DNA of 64,000 nucleotides, from contig NIVC01001584.1 in NCBI GenBank assembly GCA_002269645.1, positions 1 to 64,000 on the forward strand, written 5' to 3'. Source of the DNA: Macrostomum lignano (Eukaryota). A program made the translations under genes and the position numbers. This document shows positions 28,529-41,300 of this stretch, in pieces (the stretch's first letter is position 1; each line of letters opens with the position of its first letter). Under the pieces are notes generated by a model that was not told the DNA's origin, made no database searches, and worked only from the letters and a program-made list of their open reading frames with translations.

Positions 28529-29309
28529 GACGACGAATGGACGTGCAAGGTTCCGTTGACACTTTCACGTAATGATTAGCAGCTAGTTTTGAACTCAGGA
28601 CCAGAGTATCTATCAGAGTATTTAAAGCATTACAGTTTGGTGTTGCACTTTGAACCCGATAAAACTCGCCGGTCGACCCACCTACGTGCTATCAACGAAC
28701 ACCACTTTTCTCTCGCTTTGAGCGAGTTGTGCATGCGAGACACGGGCTGGGGCAGACTCGATAAGAACAAAGTGAGAAATTATTAAATCTTGCAGTCGTA
28801 GGCATACTAACACACTCAACATACTACTACTTCGGTTTTAAGTTTTGGTAGTATGATAAAGCAAAATAGAAAATTGCATGTGTGCGAGATCAGTACTTCG
28901 CCCTTTGGGACTTATGTTCCTGACGACTCTAATTGACTGCCGTCTTTAATTATTTCGTTGCAAGTCTCACAGAGGGATTCAGATTTTTTCAGAGCCTCAT
29001 AAATAATTAATGATATGCGCGCCTCAACTGACTGCACCGCTGGGAGTTGGCTGATGCCAGTTGATGGCGTCAGTCTTGTGCCGCCGTCTTCCGATAGTAA
29101 GAAGTTCTGATGTCTTATAGGGGACTGATTTGAGAGTCGAAATTAAATCGCATCAAAGTTGCGGTTTACCACAGTGCACGGAAGGCTACAATAGTAGAAG
29201 CACTTCGATTAACTTTGTTAATAAATAATTCACCTGTCTGTTGTGCCGGCTCTAGAGCTTACTGCATAGCATATTGACTGGAGTTTTATTTGCTAGATAT
29301 AATTGAATA

Positions 29310-30010
29310 ATTACTGGGGAATTGCTTTGATGTCAAGGCTTACTGGGGGAATTACTTTGATGTCAAGGCTTACTGGGGGAATTGCTTTGATGTCAAGGCT
29401 TACTGGGGGAATTACTTTGATGTCAAGGCTTACTAGGGGAATTGCTTTGATGTAAAGTCTTACTGGAGGGATTACTTTGACGTCAAGGCTTACTGGAGGA
29501 ACTTTGACGTCAAGGCTTACTGGAGGAATTGCTTTGATGTCAAGGCTTACTGGGGGAATTACTTTGACGTCAAGGCTTACTGGAGGAATTGCTTTGATGT
29601 CAAGGCTTACTGGGGGAATTGCTTTGATGTCAAGGCTTACTGGAGAAATTGCTTTGATGTCAAGGCTTACTGGAGAAATTGCTTTGATGTCAAGGCTTAC
29701 TGGAGGAATTGCTTTGATGTCAAGGCTTACTGGAGGAATTGCTTTGATGTCAAGGCTTACTGGGGGAATTACTTTGATGTCAAGGCTTACTGGGGGAATT
29801 GCTTTGATGTCAAGGCTTACTGGGGGAATTACTTTGATGTCAAGGCTTACTGGGGGAATTGCTTTGATGTCAAGGCTTACTGGGGGAATTGCTTTGATGT
29901 CAAGGCTTACTGGAGGAATTGCTTTGATTTCAAGGCTTACTGGGGGAATGGCTGATATGTCAAGGCTTACTGGGGGAACTACTGAGATGTCAAGGATTTT
30001 TTGGGGGAAT
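29310..30010. repeat. 30-bp minisatellite (TACTGGGGGAATTGCTTTGATGTCAAGGCT)n
   Basis: Directly visible. Confidence 0.95.
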
Positions 30011-32341
30011 TGATAAGATTTCAATGGTACGGGCAAGGGTTAATGGGGGAATTGCTGAGATGTTAAGGCAAGTAGGATTCACATAAATAATTTTAGTCCC
30101 TAGGCCTAATTGCTTTTTGGGTGCCCCAATTGCTAGTAATTGAATATGTGCTTAAAAAAATTTATCTTTGCCTAAAAAATAATTCAAAAGTACTTTTAAT
30201 TGGAAACAGTTTTAAAATGACTATTCAATGAAAGCAAAATTGACAATAGTCTCCACGCCATACACGTCTCGGCTGGATTCCGTATGCGACGACATTCACT
30301 TGACATTCATACACGAAAATTGGTCTCGGGGGTTGTTGTGCCGTTCACACCTATGAGGGCCAAACCCCAACGCACAGAGAGTGTACATACCCGGAAAATT
30401 AGAAAGTCAGGGCCGATTTACATGGTGTGAGAGTTTGTTTACGAGCAGGAAGGCTTGTCTCACTGGTTGCAGGTTGACTGTAAGACTAGCAAACCGATTC
30501 TGTATACTCAAAGTACATTTTTACTTCCGTTTTTAATGCATTCAGTTCAAAAAAGGTCACTGTTACGAAACAAATAGGGGCTATTGAAGCCAGCTACAAT
30601 AGGCTTTGCAGTTGAATTACTTTATTTTAAATTTTGCTTCGCTTTTTTCAAGTCATAATCGACATGTGCTACACGGGGAGGTAAAAGCCGCCATTTCCCA
30701 ATCTTCGAATATGGCTACATTTCATTCGCTCCCACATCAAAAGCGAGCAAACAAAAATCGACAGGCACTTGATCGTCTTTCTTTCCCCCCTAAAATTTCA
30801 ACCGTTCCTTGTTTGTCAAAGTTGACGCCGCTATGCATTGCCGGTTGGTTTCACGAGCTACTACTCAAGGAGGTCGTGTACAAGAGTTTGGAGTTGCAAC
30901 TCAAGCAACAACTTGATTAGCTCATAGGCTACACTGCCTCAAGAATCGCAAGTTGATCAATACTGGCCTTAATCGTGCATTAAAAAAACCACCCAGACCA
31001 CCCAGACTTTCATGCTAAGCGGTCTCCATGGCTTAACTACAGGAAAAAGTTCCTTGCTTCTCGTCTTCATTTTTTTCAACCAGCGAGGACTCGTAGAGAT
31101 TGGGGGGTGGGAGTAGGGAAAGCAAAAATATTCCGTTCCGCTTTGTTGGTTTTACAACGGTGAGACCCTCCCGGCAGCGGACCAATACAAGCGGAACGAA
31201 GTGAAAATGCGAGGTTGAGTTCAGATCTAGTAGAGAGAAAAAGGAGTTCCAAATTAAAGTCACCCGAGCCATATGCACAGTTAAACTGTTTACAGCTTGA
31301 TGCGTGATTTTTGCACTCGCAGATCAACCCGCGTCAAACATGGCCCGGGCGTTGGCGGGTTTTTTTCGCTCAACTAAAGCCATACGCAGTCGCAGTTAGT
31401 TGGCCTCTGTGACTGCTGACGCCTGCATTGGCAAGCGCTGCTGATTCTACATAGCGCATTACAATAGCATATGTGTAGGCCATTATATATATCAACTTTA
31501 CTTCCGTTGTGCATTAGCTCAACTACGACAGGGGGTGGGGTGGGCGGTCGTAACGGCTGTACTGTATTATATCTGCTTGTTGACGTAGGCAAGGCTCTGG
31601 GGTGGTAGGGGTTGGTCGCTCATATTTGAGGGAACGGCTCCATTCTCCAGTTCCCCACTCCTCCCTTGTAGGAAAATGCACACATTAGCTGAGTGTCCAT
31701 TGAATTTGCACTGTATCTCAGGGAGCTACCACCGACCAGGACGATACAGAGAATCTGTCTCGGTTATTAATTTTTCTGCTCCAGTGGCCGCATTGGGTAG
31801 CAAAAAGAAACACAATGGAACACGATTGAATAATAGAAAAATATGTCAAGTCTAATCAGTGTACACTCAAGGCAAAAAAGCAGGGTCGGGATATACCGAC
31901 AAGAGACTGAATGGTGCTCGCACACTGTTGCAGTGAAATTCCAGGGAGAGGAGGGAAGTCGCTAAAGGCATTGTGAGCGGCGCCAAGGGTAAGAGAGGAG
32001 ACACAGGGAAAGGAAAACGCCGTTGAGAAGAGATTCAAGTTGCGCTTGAAGAGAACGAGGACGGTTTGGAGAAGGGCGAGGAGGGAGAGGGAAAAGAGTA
32101 TGGGAGTGGGGTTGATTGGATTGGGGAAGCACATAGCGAACCTCCCCTTCTGTTCTGTTCTATTTTTAAAGACTAGAGAAGGGCAGCAATACGGAGAGGC
32201 AGGGAAGTGCAGCAGCAGCAGCAGCAGCAACTGTCAAAACTGATTGTCAGTCGGTCCGACAGATTTTTCGATTCGTTTCGGATTTGCTTTTTTTTACAGT
32301 TTTTGCGAGAGAATGACGGCAACGGCAGAAGCGGAGCCGTC

Positions 32342-35300
32342 ATGCTCAGCCGAGTCCTAGCTCTGACGGCTGGCAGCAGAGCAGTTGCTGCAGCAGCGGC
32401 CGCGGCTACCGCAGCGGCGGTTGGTTATTGGGGACGTCAGCTGATGACGGAGCGGACGTCGAAATTGAAAGACGAAAATTGGAAGCACCAAGACACTCTT
32501 CATTCAGAATCTCAGAGCTCAACGCGTCCAGCTCAGACGCTTCCGCTACCCCCGACTAAGCCGCCGTCATCATCTCCGCTTTCAATTGACGACTACAACC
32601 GAAGCCTGTTGCGCCGTATGCAACTCGGCACGGACTGCCGCTACGGTTTGGGCGATGCCAGCTCGAGTCCTCGCTGCTTGCACAGCTATGCCGGCTTTGT
32701 CAGACGTCAGTACGCAGCGTTTTGGTTTCGCGTCGACTGCTCAACGTCTGTCGCGCCCGTGTCTGACATCAATGATGCTTCTAAAATCGACTTGAGCGTG
32801 TTTTTTGAGCGCAGGCTGCAAACCAGCATTGGCGTACGCTTTCCAGACCGAGAGGTTGAAGAAGATAAACAAAAAACGAGCAGAAATGTAGACGGTTTAA
32901 TGCCTTTTCCCGACGATAAAAGCTTGATAACGGAGCAACTGCAAACATCCATGTTAGAAGAAGGCCGAAAAGTGCAGCCAACGCAGCAACATGCAGAGCT
33001 GAGCAGCAAAAATCACTCGTCCGTAAATGATTTTTTAGAACAAACACAGCATCAGCCATTGTTAAATTTAGGTCTAAAGAAGAACCAGGAAATTCTAGCA
33101 AAGTCATCAAATCTAGATGATCCAAATCAGTCCAACCAGCTGCGACATGAAGCACTGAACCGATGTACCAACTCTATTTTTTCCTGGCTTTTTGCCCCAG
33201 CAGCTGCTCAGCCACCGCTTTCTGCTTCACCGCCGTCGACTCCGCCGATGGTCGAAAATCCGAGAACGCCTGAGCTGGAGATGGCACCACAGCCGCCAGT
33301 TTCGCCACCGCCGCTGCCGCTGAACTACAACGAGCTGCTTGACCGGCTTGCTGAAATTAAGGCCGACCTTGAGAACCTACGCAACCGGCTTCAAAAGAAT
33401 GAGACGGCAAAAGAAAACACCATAAACGGCTGCAGCATCCGTGGTGCTGATGAGCGTCGTGACGATACAGACGGAGAGGGCGGCGGAGGCGCGGGAAATG
33501 ATTTCTCGAAACGTCATTCACCCGAGGGCGAGTCAAGTCCGCTCGGCGGAGCCTCGATGGCGGCAGCTGAGACTAAGAAAGAAGCAACGCTGCAGAAGCC
33601 GCCACCAACGCCGCGACACTGGGCCTCGTCAGGTCGAAGAGCTTTGCTCTGGGACGAGGAAGAGGATATGAACAAGGAATGGAGCATGAGCTTTCACCAT
33701 CGCGATGAGAAGCCCCCTATTCCGTGGGGCACAGCAGTTGGCTGTGTCGAAGATGCAAACGCAACGTTGGACGACAATTTTTTCATACCACCGCCGCCTC
33801 CGCTGCCACGCAGAACTGATCTGGATGAGGACGCAGCAGCCTCTGACGAAGAGCTCGATGAAGAAGACAACGATGAAACCGTCGACGAACGCGATGAGTA
33901 TCTGAGAATTCAAGAGATTCTTCGAGCAAACAATCGCTGGCTTGAGGGCTGCAGCCGGTGCTTGTTTCCCATCATTGAGGAGGACACTGACGCGGCAGTG
34001 GAGTCTTCGCATGCTTCAGTATCATCCGGGTGCTGCTATCTGACAGCAATGGGCAGCTCCTGTTGCGATTCATATGTCACGGCCAGCGATGGTGGATCCG
34101 AGAACGTAGAGTATTTCGCAGAAAAGGAACATCAACAAGAATGGATTGGCAGGGATGAAAAAGAAGTCAACAACAACGATGAGGGCGCAATTGAAGACTT
34201 CAAAAAGTTCGACACTGACCATGATAAGTCTCAAACAATCGAAGATGCAGACAGGACTTTCGAACTACAAACTGAAGAAGAGGATGCGATGGACGAGAGC
34301 GACAAGGAAACATCGGAAGGATCGATTGACAACTTATTGGGTACGTTTTTGGACTGAGTACTTTAGGATTTTGGGTAACCCCTCTCCGATTAAGACATGA
34401 CAATCAACCCGCAGACAGAAAAAAGGCAAGTTCTCTTGCTCATTCACTAAACTACGAACTACGTCCTACGAGCATCAGTGGGACAATTCTGTCCATTCCG
34501 CTGACTCCTGAGCACATTACAAGCGCGCTAATACAGTACGCCGGCACTCACTCACACAGTGCACAGCGGCTCATTGACTTTCTAATCGTCAGGCATTGCA
34601 CACTTTCTGTGCCTTTGGAGTTTGGCCTTCAAGGGTGTTAATCGAAGGAAAACTCCCAGCAATTTTCATGCACACAAGCCTCAAATGAATGTGGCCGCGG
34701 GAATCGAACCAGGGGGTCATGGCTGGAGAGTCAGATGTAAATTCAAAGCCACTGGGCAGTGCACTACTAGTAAGTAGTAAGCAGAAAATGTTGTTCGAAC
34801 AAGAATTAAGTATTGGCAAGTATAAATGCGTACGCCCAAGCTCCCTGAAATGCGATTATTTACATGTGTAACCGAGGCATATTGTAAGTGAATTTAAACT
34901 GCATGTATTGAATATATTGCTCCTTAACCTTACCTAATCTACAAAAATCTAATAAATAAATATTAATTTTCCTAGAGCGGTTCAGGGAGCAACTGAGGTC
35001 ACACAATCCGCAGAAAATGCAGGGCAGCACATGGGGATTCTAAAGTGATTTAGCCAGTGCATATCTGCAGGTGGCTAGTAGCATGGGGTAGCGATAATGC
35101 TGTAGGATAAAGATGTAGCCCGCCGCTTAACTGGGATAGAAAGTAAGACGGACAGACCCACGCTTCAACTGCCTCCTAACTTTCGTCTTCAGAGGGTGCC
35201 CCCTCTCTGATCGTCTGGGTGCGCAATTCGCTTCAAGCCTTCAGATCAGTATCTTGTTTGGAATTAGGAATTTTGTCGGTATATTTTGTAAGCATCAAAC

Positions 35301-38300
35301 GATAGAACTGCTACACACCAGAACGATGAAAATGTAATAAATTCTTTAGTCATATTTTACGGCTTGAAATCCTTCACGGAAGCTGGTTTGTTTTAGTAGA
35401 ACCGCGACTCTACTGAAAAAAATAAAATCGCAGTTTAGAAGTCAATAAATCGGGACGGGAAAGGTCGAAGTACATAAATTCAATCCGATTCAATCCTTCA
35501 TGTGATTTATGCAATTTCCTCACGCAGTTGGTGGCATTCCACCGACTCCCCTGAGCAGGCACACAAGCGCGCGGATACGTACGCAGTCATACGCACAGGC
35601 ACACACCCACACAGGAGTGTACAGCGGCCCTAACTTTATTTATCGTTAGGCATGTACACTTCATTGAGCCTTGGGGGTTGGCCCCTTAAGCTGGGTGTTA
35701 ATTACACGAGCAGAGCCATGCCGAGATTCCGATTTAGCCCCAGATTAATGTGGACTACACTTGGAATCGAGCCTGGGACGCAGCATGGCATATCAGAGCG
35801 CCGCGCTTGACCACAGGGCTGCGGATTGAGACACATAGGTTTCAGTCTCTTGGTGGGCGCTCCTGTCTCTTGATTGGCGCCCCTGTCACTTGATTGGCGC
35901 CCCTATCTCTTGGTGGGCGTCCCTGTCTCTTGGTGGGCGCCCCTGTCTCTTGGTGGGCGTCCCTGTCTCTTGGTGGGCGCCCCTGTCTCTTGGTGGGCGT
36001 CCCTGTCTCTTGGTGGGCGTCCCTGTCTCTTGATTGGCGCCCCCTGTCTCTTGGTGGGCGTCCCTGTCTCTTAGTGGGCGCCCCTGTCTCTCGGTGGGCG
36101 CCCCTGTCTCTTAGTGGGCGCCCCTGTCTCTCGGTGGGCGCCCCTGTCTCTTAGTGGGCGCCCCTGTCTCTCGGTGGGCGCCCCTGTCTCTTGATTGGCG
36201 CCCCTGTCTCTTGGTGGGCGCCCCTGTCTCTTGGTGGGCGTCCCTGTCTCTTGGTGGGCGTCCCTGTCTCTTAGTGGGCGCCCCTGTCTCTTGGTGGGCG
36301 CTTCTGTCTCTTGGTGGGCGTCCCTGTCTCTTGGTGGGCGCTTTTGTCTCTTGGTGGGCGCCACTATCTTGCATTGGTGGATGCCCTGTGCAAGAGGTGG
36401 CTAAAATTAAGCTTCTGTCAGGTTATCAAGCTTGGTTCACTTTCGCTTCGGACAACACTGATGTGAAAGACGTGGTACAGATGAGACCGATCATGCGACT
36501 TCTCAAATATCCCTAGAGACGAATAGAGCGAAAAAGATATGTTACTCTCATTTTGATAGTTGTGGCCCCTGCAGGCACCACAAGTGTCTTGAGACCTCGC
36601 TAGTGAAAGTTTTTTCGCATTCATTATTTTTTTCTGAATAATCAGCATAGCCTGTTGGAACGGGTCTCTCGTCTGGACTGCACGCATCAAATGAATATTC
36701 AGCCCATATGCGACCACAGTGGCTCTCGCACACAGCATGCGTGACTGCTCCGCCGCCGCTCCGCCTCGCTTATTTAGTCATGCTTCATCATCTTCTTTAA
36801 CTCCATTCTCCCTTCCTCTCTAGCTCTTTGACTATAAAAAGAAATTTCTAGTGAAGTAGAAGCAACAGGAAGTGGATTATAACTAAAAGTAGGTGAGATT
36901 TCTGCAACGCGAGCTGAAAAATCCCATTATGAAGCTTTTGCACTTTTCTTGTCCTCTTTCTATCTGCTCATACATTCATTCAAATACTGATTTTGTTTAG
37001 TTCAAAGTCAATAGTCATGTTTTCCATGGAAATTGACTCCGTTTGGGGTTAAAAACTTTTCAAAAACCGAACCCAACGTTCTATTTGCTTTAACTTCTAC
37101 TAGAATATTTATTAGAGAGTTATACAGACAAAAACTGACTTGCTTGATGCCTGCCTCCACGGGAGGGATGCGAGGACACGACCGAGTGGGTGGGTGGGTG
37201 CGCCGCCCCGCTTGCCACTGGCTGACTGGGCTTGACAACCAGCGACAATTGCTTGGATCGGATTGCCATCTCTCCTCCAGAACTTTTCTTCCAAGCCCTA
37301 CTTGGGCCTGGAACTGCCCCATGGGCCGCGGTCGATCAGCTGTCCGGAAACTGCCTAAGCCATTTTTCCTATTCGATTTTTTCTCTTTGACCAACTTGGG
37401 ACGGCAAATTTGGAATTGAATTGAAGGGTAGTCTGCATGCCGCGGGGATGTAGCATGGAAATTGAAGGCTGGGGCGGAGCCGAACAGATGGAGCGAGGAG
37501 TGGAGAAGTCCTTGAGGAAGGGAGGGAGGGCCGCCTAAGTCAAGTCAACCATTTTTGAAGAAGTTGTTCTCCATCGCTCTTGCAATTCTTTCATGACATG
37601 TTAAAATTCAATTACACTCGAGCATTACATTCGGGCAGCGACAACATGCCAACTTGAATATGGAAACGGGGTGGCATGCTTCAGTGGAGCGCGGAATGCA
37701 ATGAATTACCCGAGTCGGAAATGAACCTCTTTCCTCTCTCCATTCTCAAAGGCAGTGCAGTCGACACTGGAACGACAATATTTTTCACCTGTTTAACAAT
37801 TCAATTCTCTTTTTTTTGCTTTCGCAAACTGTAAACAGAGCGGCAGCAAATGAATGCCAAGTTAGCGGCAATTTCTAGCTCGTTGCCTCAAAAAGGACCA
37901 GCCATGGTCACTAAGGCTGGTCTGAGTTTAGTCACAGTTCTTGTCCTGATTAGTTGGATCCAAAAACATTCAAGCAAAACCAAAGTCAAGTTTCATCTCC
38001 ATCGTTTGCAGATCCTCTACTAGAGGCTCTACCATCAGCCGAAGCGATGCAGGTAAGTTAATTTTGCATCTCTATTTGTACTTGCAACTTTAAGTAAGAG
38101 TAAGTCACAAACGACACGCACTCGCATCCGGGACAGCCGTCTTGACGCCAGCTAAACTCTGCAGCTAAGAATGTTCAGTTGGTGTATATTAGGTTGGATG
38201 GATGGAAGCCCAGAGCCATGTTTAATGCAGAACATCAGTGGGCAGTTCTTTTTCAAACAAGAACACACAGCAGTCATGCAGTAGCCACACAGGTCGCAGC

Positions 38301-41300
38301 AGCAAAAGTAATTCGTCGATCTCCATCCGCCCAGTTTCCCTCTTCATCATCATCGCCGCTCTTTCGCGGATTCGGGGGCAGCACTGCGGGGTACCCAACA
38401 TCAGCAAGTTTTTTTTCTCTCGAGAAAAGTGCAAGCGATACTAAGAGATGCGGAGAGGAAATGGAAGCGAAAGCTAGTGGGAATTCCGTGGGCATGAGGA
38501 ACGGCTGGGCGGAGCAATCTGAATGGGAGATGCGGAGCTTATACGCCGATTGGCTGGGTCGTCCAGATCATTAAGAGTCGCTGTGAGCGTAGAACTACAG
38601 CGGAGCCTCTAAATCTGCTGTATCCCCGAATCAGGAGCAACAGCCTCAGCAGCAGCAGCAGCAACACCAACCAAGAGCCCATCGGCAACGGCTGCGACGG
38701 CCCTGGCTGCACGAGCCCGACGCCGAGGCCATCGAGTACTCGACTTCATCGGAGTCTAGCGAGTCCAGCGACGCGGAGTGGCCAGCTGACGCGCCGGCGG
38801 CTGCAGCGGCAAAGGCTGCGACAGCCGCGGTTGTGAACGCATTTACTGTCGATTTCAAGCAGCGACTGCCAGTGCTCTCACAGGACGACCTGGACCTCTT
38901 GGACTTACATCCGCAGACGGCCGCGGCGGCTGCATCCTCGGCTGTGACGGCCCGACGCGACGTCCGACGCGAAGCCCGACGCCGACTGCAGCAGCAGCAC
39001 CGGCAGCAGCAGATTCTGCTGCGAAATGGCAGACAAAGCCGCGCAAGTAGCGGCTGTCGACGCCTTGGAGCCATCGCTGAGGAGGCCGCTGTGGCGGCTG
39101 CGGCGGCGGCGGCGGTGGCAGCTGCGGCAGAGGCTTCCAGCCAGACTGAGTGCTGCACATCGCTGACGAAGCACCCGACCCGCAGCTGCTCGGATCCGAG
39201 TCTGTGTCAGACAGGCTTGCGCTTGCTGACAGCAGCTTCTGGCAAGTCGGCAGAGTCAGACGTGATCGATCCAGAAGAAGACAGCAACAATGCAGAGGAG
39301 TCAAATGCGATCATGCAGTACACTAAAAGGCGGCCAGAAGGTAAATCAAACTGCCGTAGTTTTAGCGCTAATGATAAGTACGAGCTAAAATAAATATTCG
39401 CTGGAAAGTTGCGGGTACCCTGGCGCAAAGCCTTCGGCGACATCTGAACATTCCGCTGACTCACATGCAAGCGCGTCAGTACTGTACGCAGGCATGCAGC
39501 CCCGAAAGGTATGGCTGTCTACGGAAGTACATAATGGATACAGAATTGAGTAAGAACTTAATTGGCTCGGACCCATAGTACGAGCCAATCGATTAATTAG
39601 GAACAAATGACACTCGTGTAGGCCATCCTCTCCCGTGACTGTCTCCCTAATCCCTTCGACTTAGGAGATAATTGGAGCAGAAAGAAAGTAACTGACTTAA
39701 TTGAGACAAGTTTGCTAAGGCTCTCTGCCTTTGCAAAGAGTTAGTTTGTAAATATTGATGAAAAAAACGCTTCATCCAGAGACGCAGAAAAAAGTACATA
39801 ACGCTCGATTGAAATGAGGAGGTGCGCGTAGACAGGTACGAGCTAAGAGCGGCAAAAGTTTATGGCATCCATAGTGCCCGATATGAAAACCTCGACTGCA
39901 CCAGCCCCTTTAAAAATGCGTTTATTTATTACTGGCCGATTCCTCCGCAGAGCTGGCCGGCGCAGTCAGAGCCATCGCGTCCTCCAGCGCGAGAGTCACC
40001 GACTACAACGGCAGCTGGATCAACAGCCGCACCGAGGAACAGCCTGGCGTCGTCACGTCGGAGGCCAGCGCAGCCAGCGCCGGAGCCGCCGTTGCCAGGG
40101 CGACGGCTAGAGCGGCCGGGCTCGCCGCCAACAGCGCCGTAGGCATCGTCCGTGCAGTTGGCGGCAACTTCAACGGATTCGACGGTCGGAACAGCGAGAC
40201 TGCGACAGTAGCATCGCAGCCACAGCTGCTGCACATTCTGGTTTCCACGTCCTGCACAGTGAGCCCGTCAGCGGTCGGGACTCCAGCTCAGGGCTACTTC
40301 GGCGTCGGTGTCGACGGCGGCGGCCTCGAGTCAATAATGCAGCCTTCGGCGACGTTTCCGCCGTCGACCCTGAAGCCGCTGCTGCCACCGCCACCGCCGC
40401 CGTCCTCGCCGCTGCCGTCTCTGGCGTGCAGAAGCAGTCACCCGGATGCCTTGTCTTCAGAGTCGATGCTGCACCAGCAGCGCCTGCTGAGCCTGAAGCG
40501 TCAGCTAGAGGAGTTGAGCGCTAAGGAGAGCGCCGCGGCGACAACTGACGCGGCGCCGCCAATTGCAGCGCTGACCGTGGAGGCGGCCTTCATTCCGGAC
40601 AGCAGCGACTCATCACCAGACGACGATAAGCCGCTGCTAACACCGATTCAAGCGACCATTGTACAGCAGCAGCCCCTGAGCTCCGACAGTCACCGCGGCT
40701 ACGAGCTGCGACACTTGATGAGCGACGAAGACGCCTTGCGAATCTTCGCCGGCCAGAGCTCGGCGCCGCCGCCGGTGCCACCGCCGACACTGGTAGCGCA
40801 GCGGCGAGAATTTTGGCGCCGCCGATTCAAATCAACTGATCTGGATGCCGCTAGAGATGCCGACGAATCGCCGACTGACTCGCCGCTGACAGATCGCGGC
40901 GAGGACAGCAAGTCCGTGTCGCTGTACGAACTGCACCGCTGCCTGATGGAGGCTGCCGCTGTTGAAGCCTTCGCGGAGACAAACTTAGACGAAATCGGCG
41001 CGGTTAATCGTCGAGGCGCCAGCAGCCTAGCCGATCTTGGAGGCCTCGGCGAAAGCCGGGAAGAAGTCGGTCGGGCGGCCAGCGAAGACCTGCTTGCCGA
41101 CAGAGGCAGCAGAAAAGGAGGCGACAGGTACCGGCAGAGGCAGCAGCCAGCGGGCCAGTCGAAGCGAGCACTTCAGACCAGGTGCCATCCAACTTTCATC
41201 GAGAGGCTGGAGGCCAGGGCGAAATCTGAGAGCGAGAAGGTCATCTGTAGGTGAGTCATCGGGATCAGGGATCGGGATCAGGGATCGGGATCAGGGATCG

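Noticed and set aside
38601-38836. Alternative AJM1 acceptor at 38600 (poly-Ser frame)
   Set aside because: That frame stops at 38834-38836. The acceptor at 38634 gives an open, phase-consistent frame.
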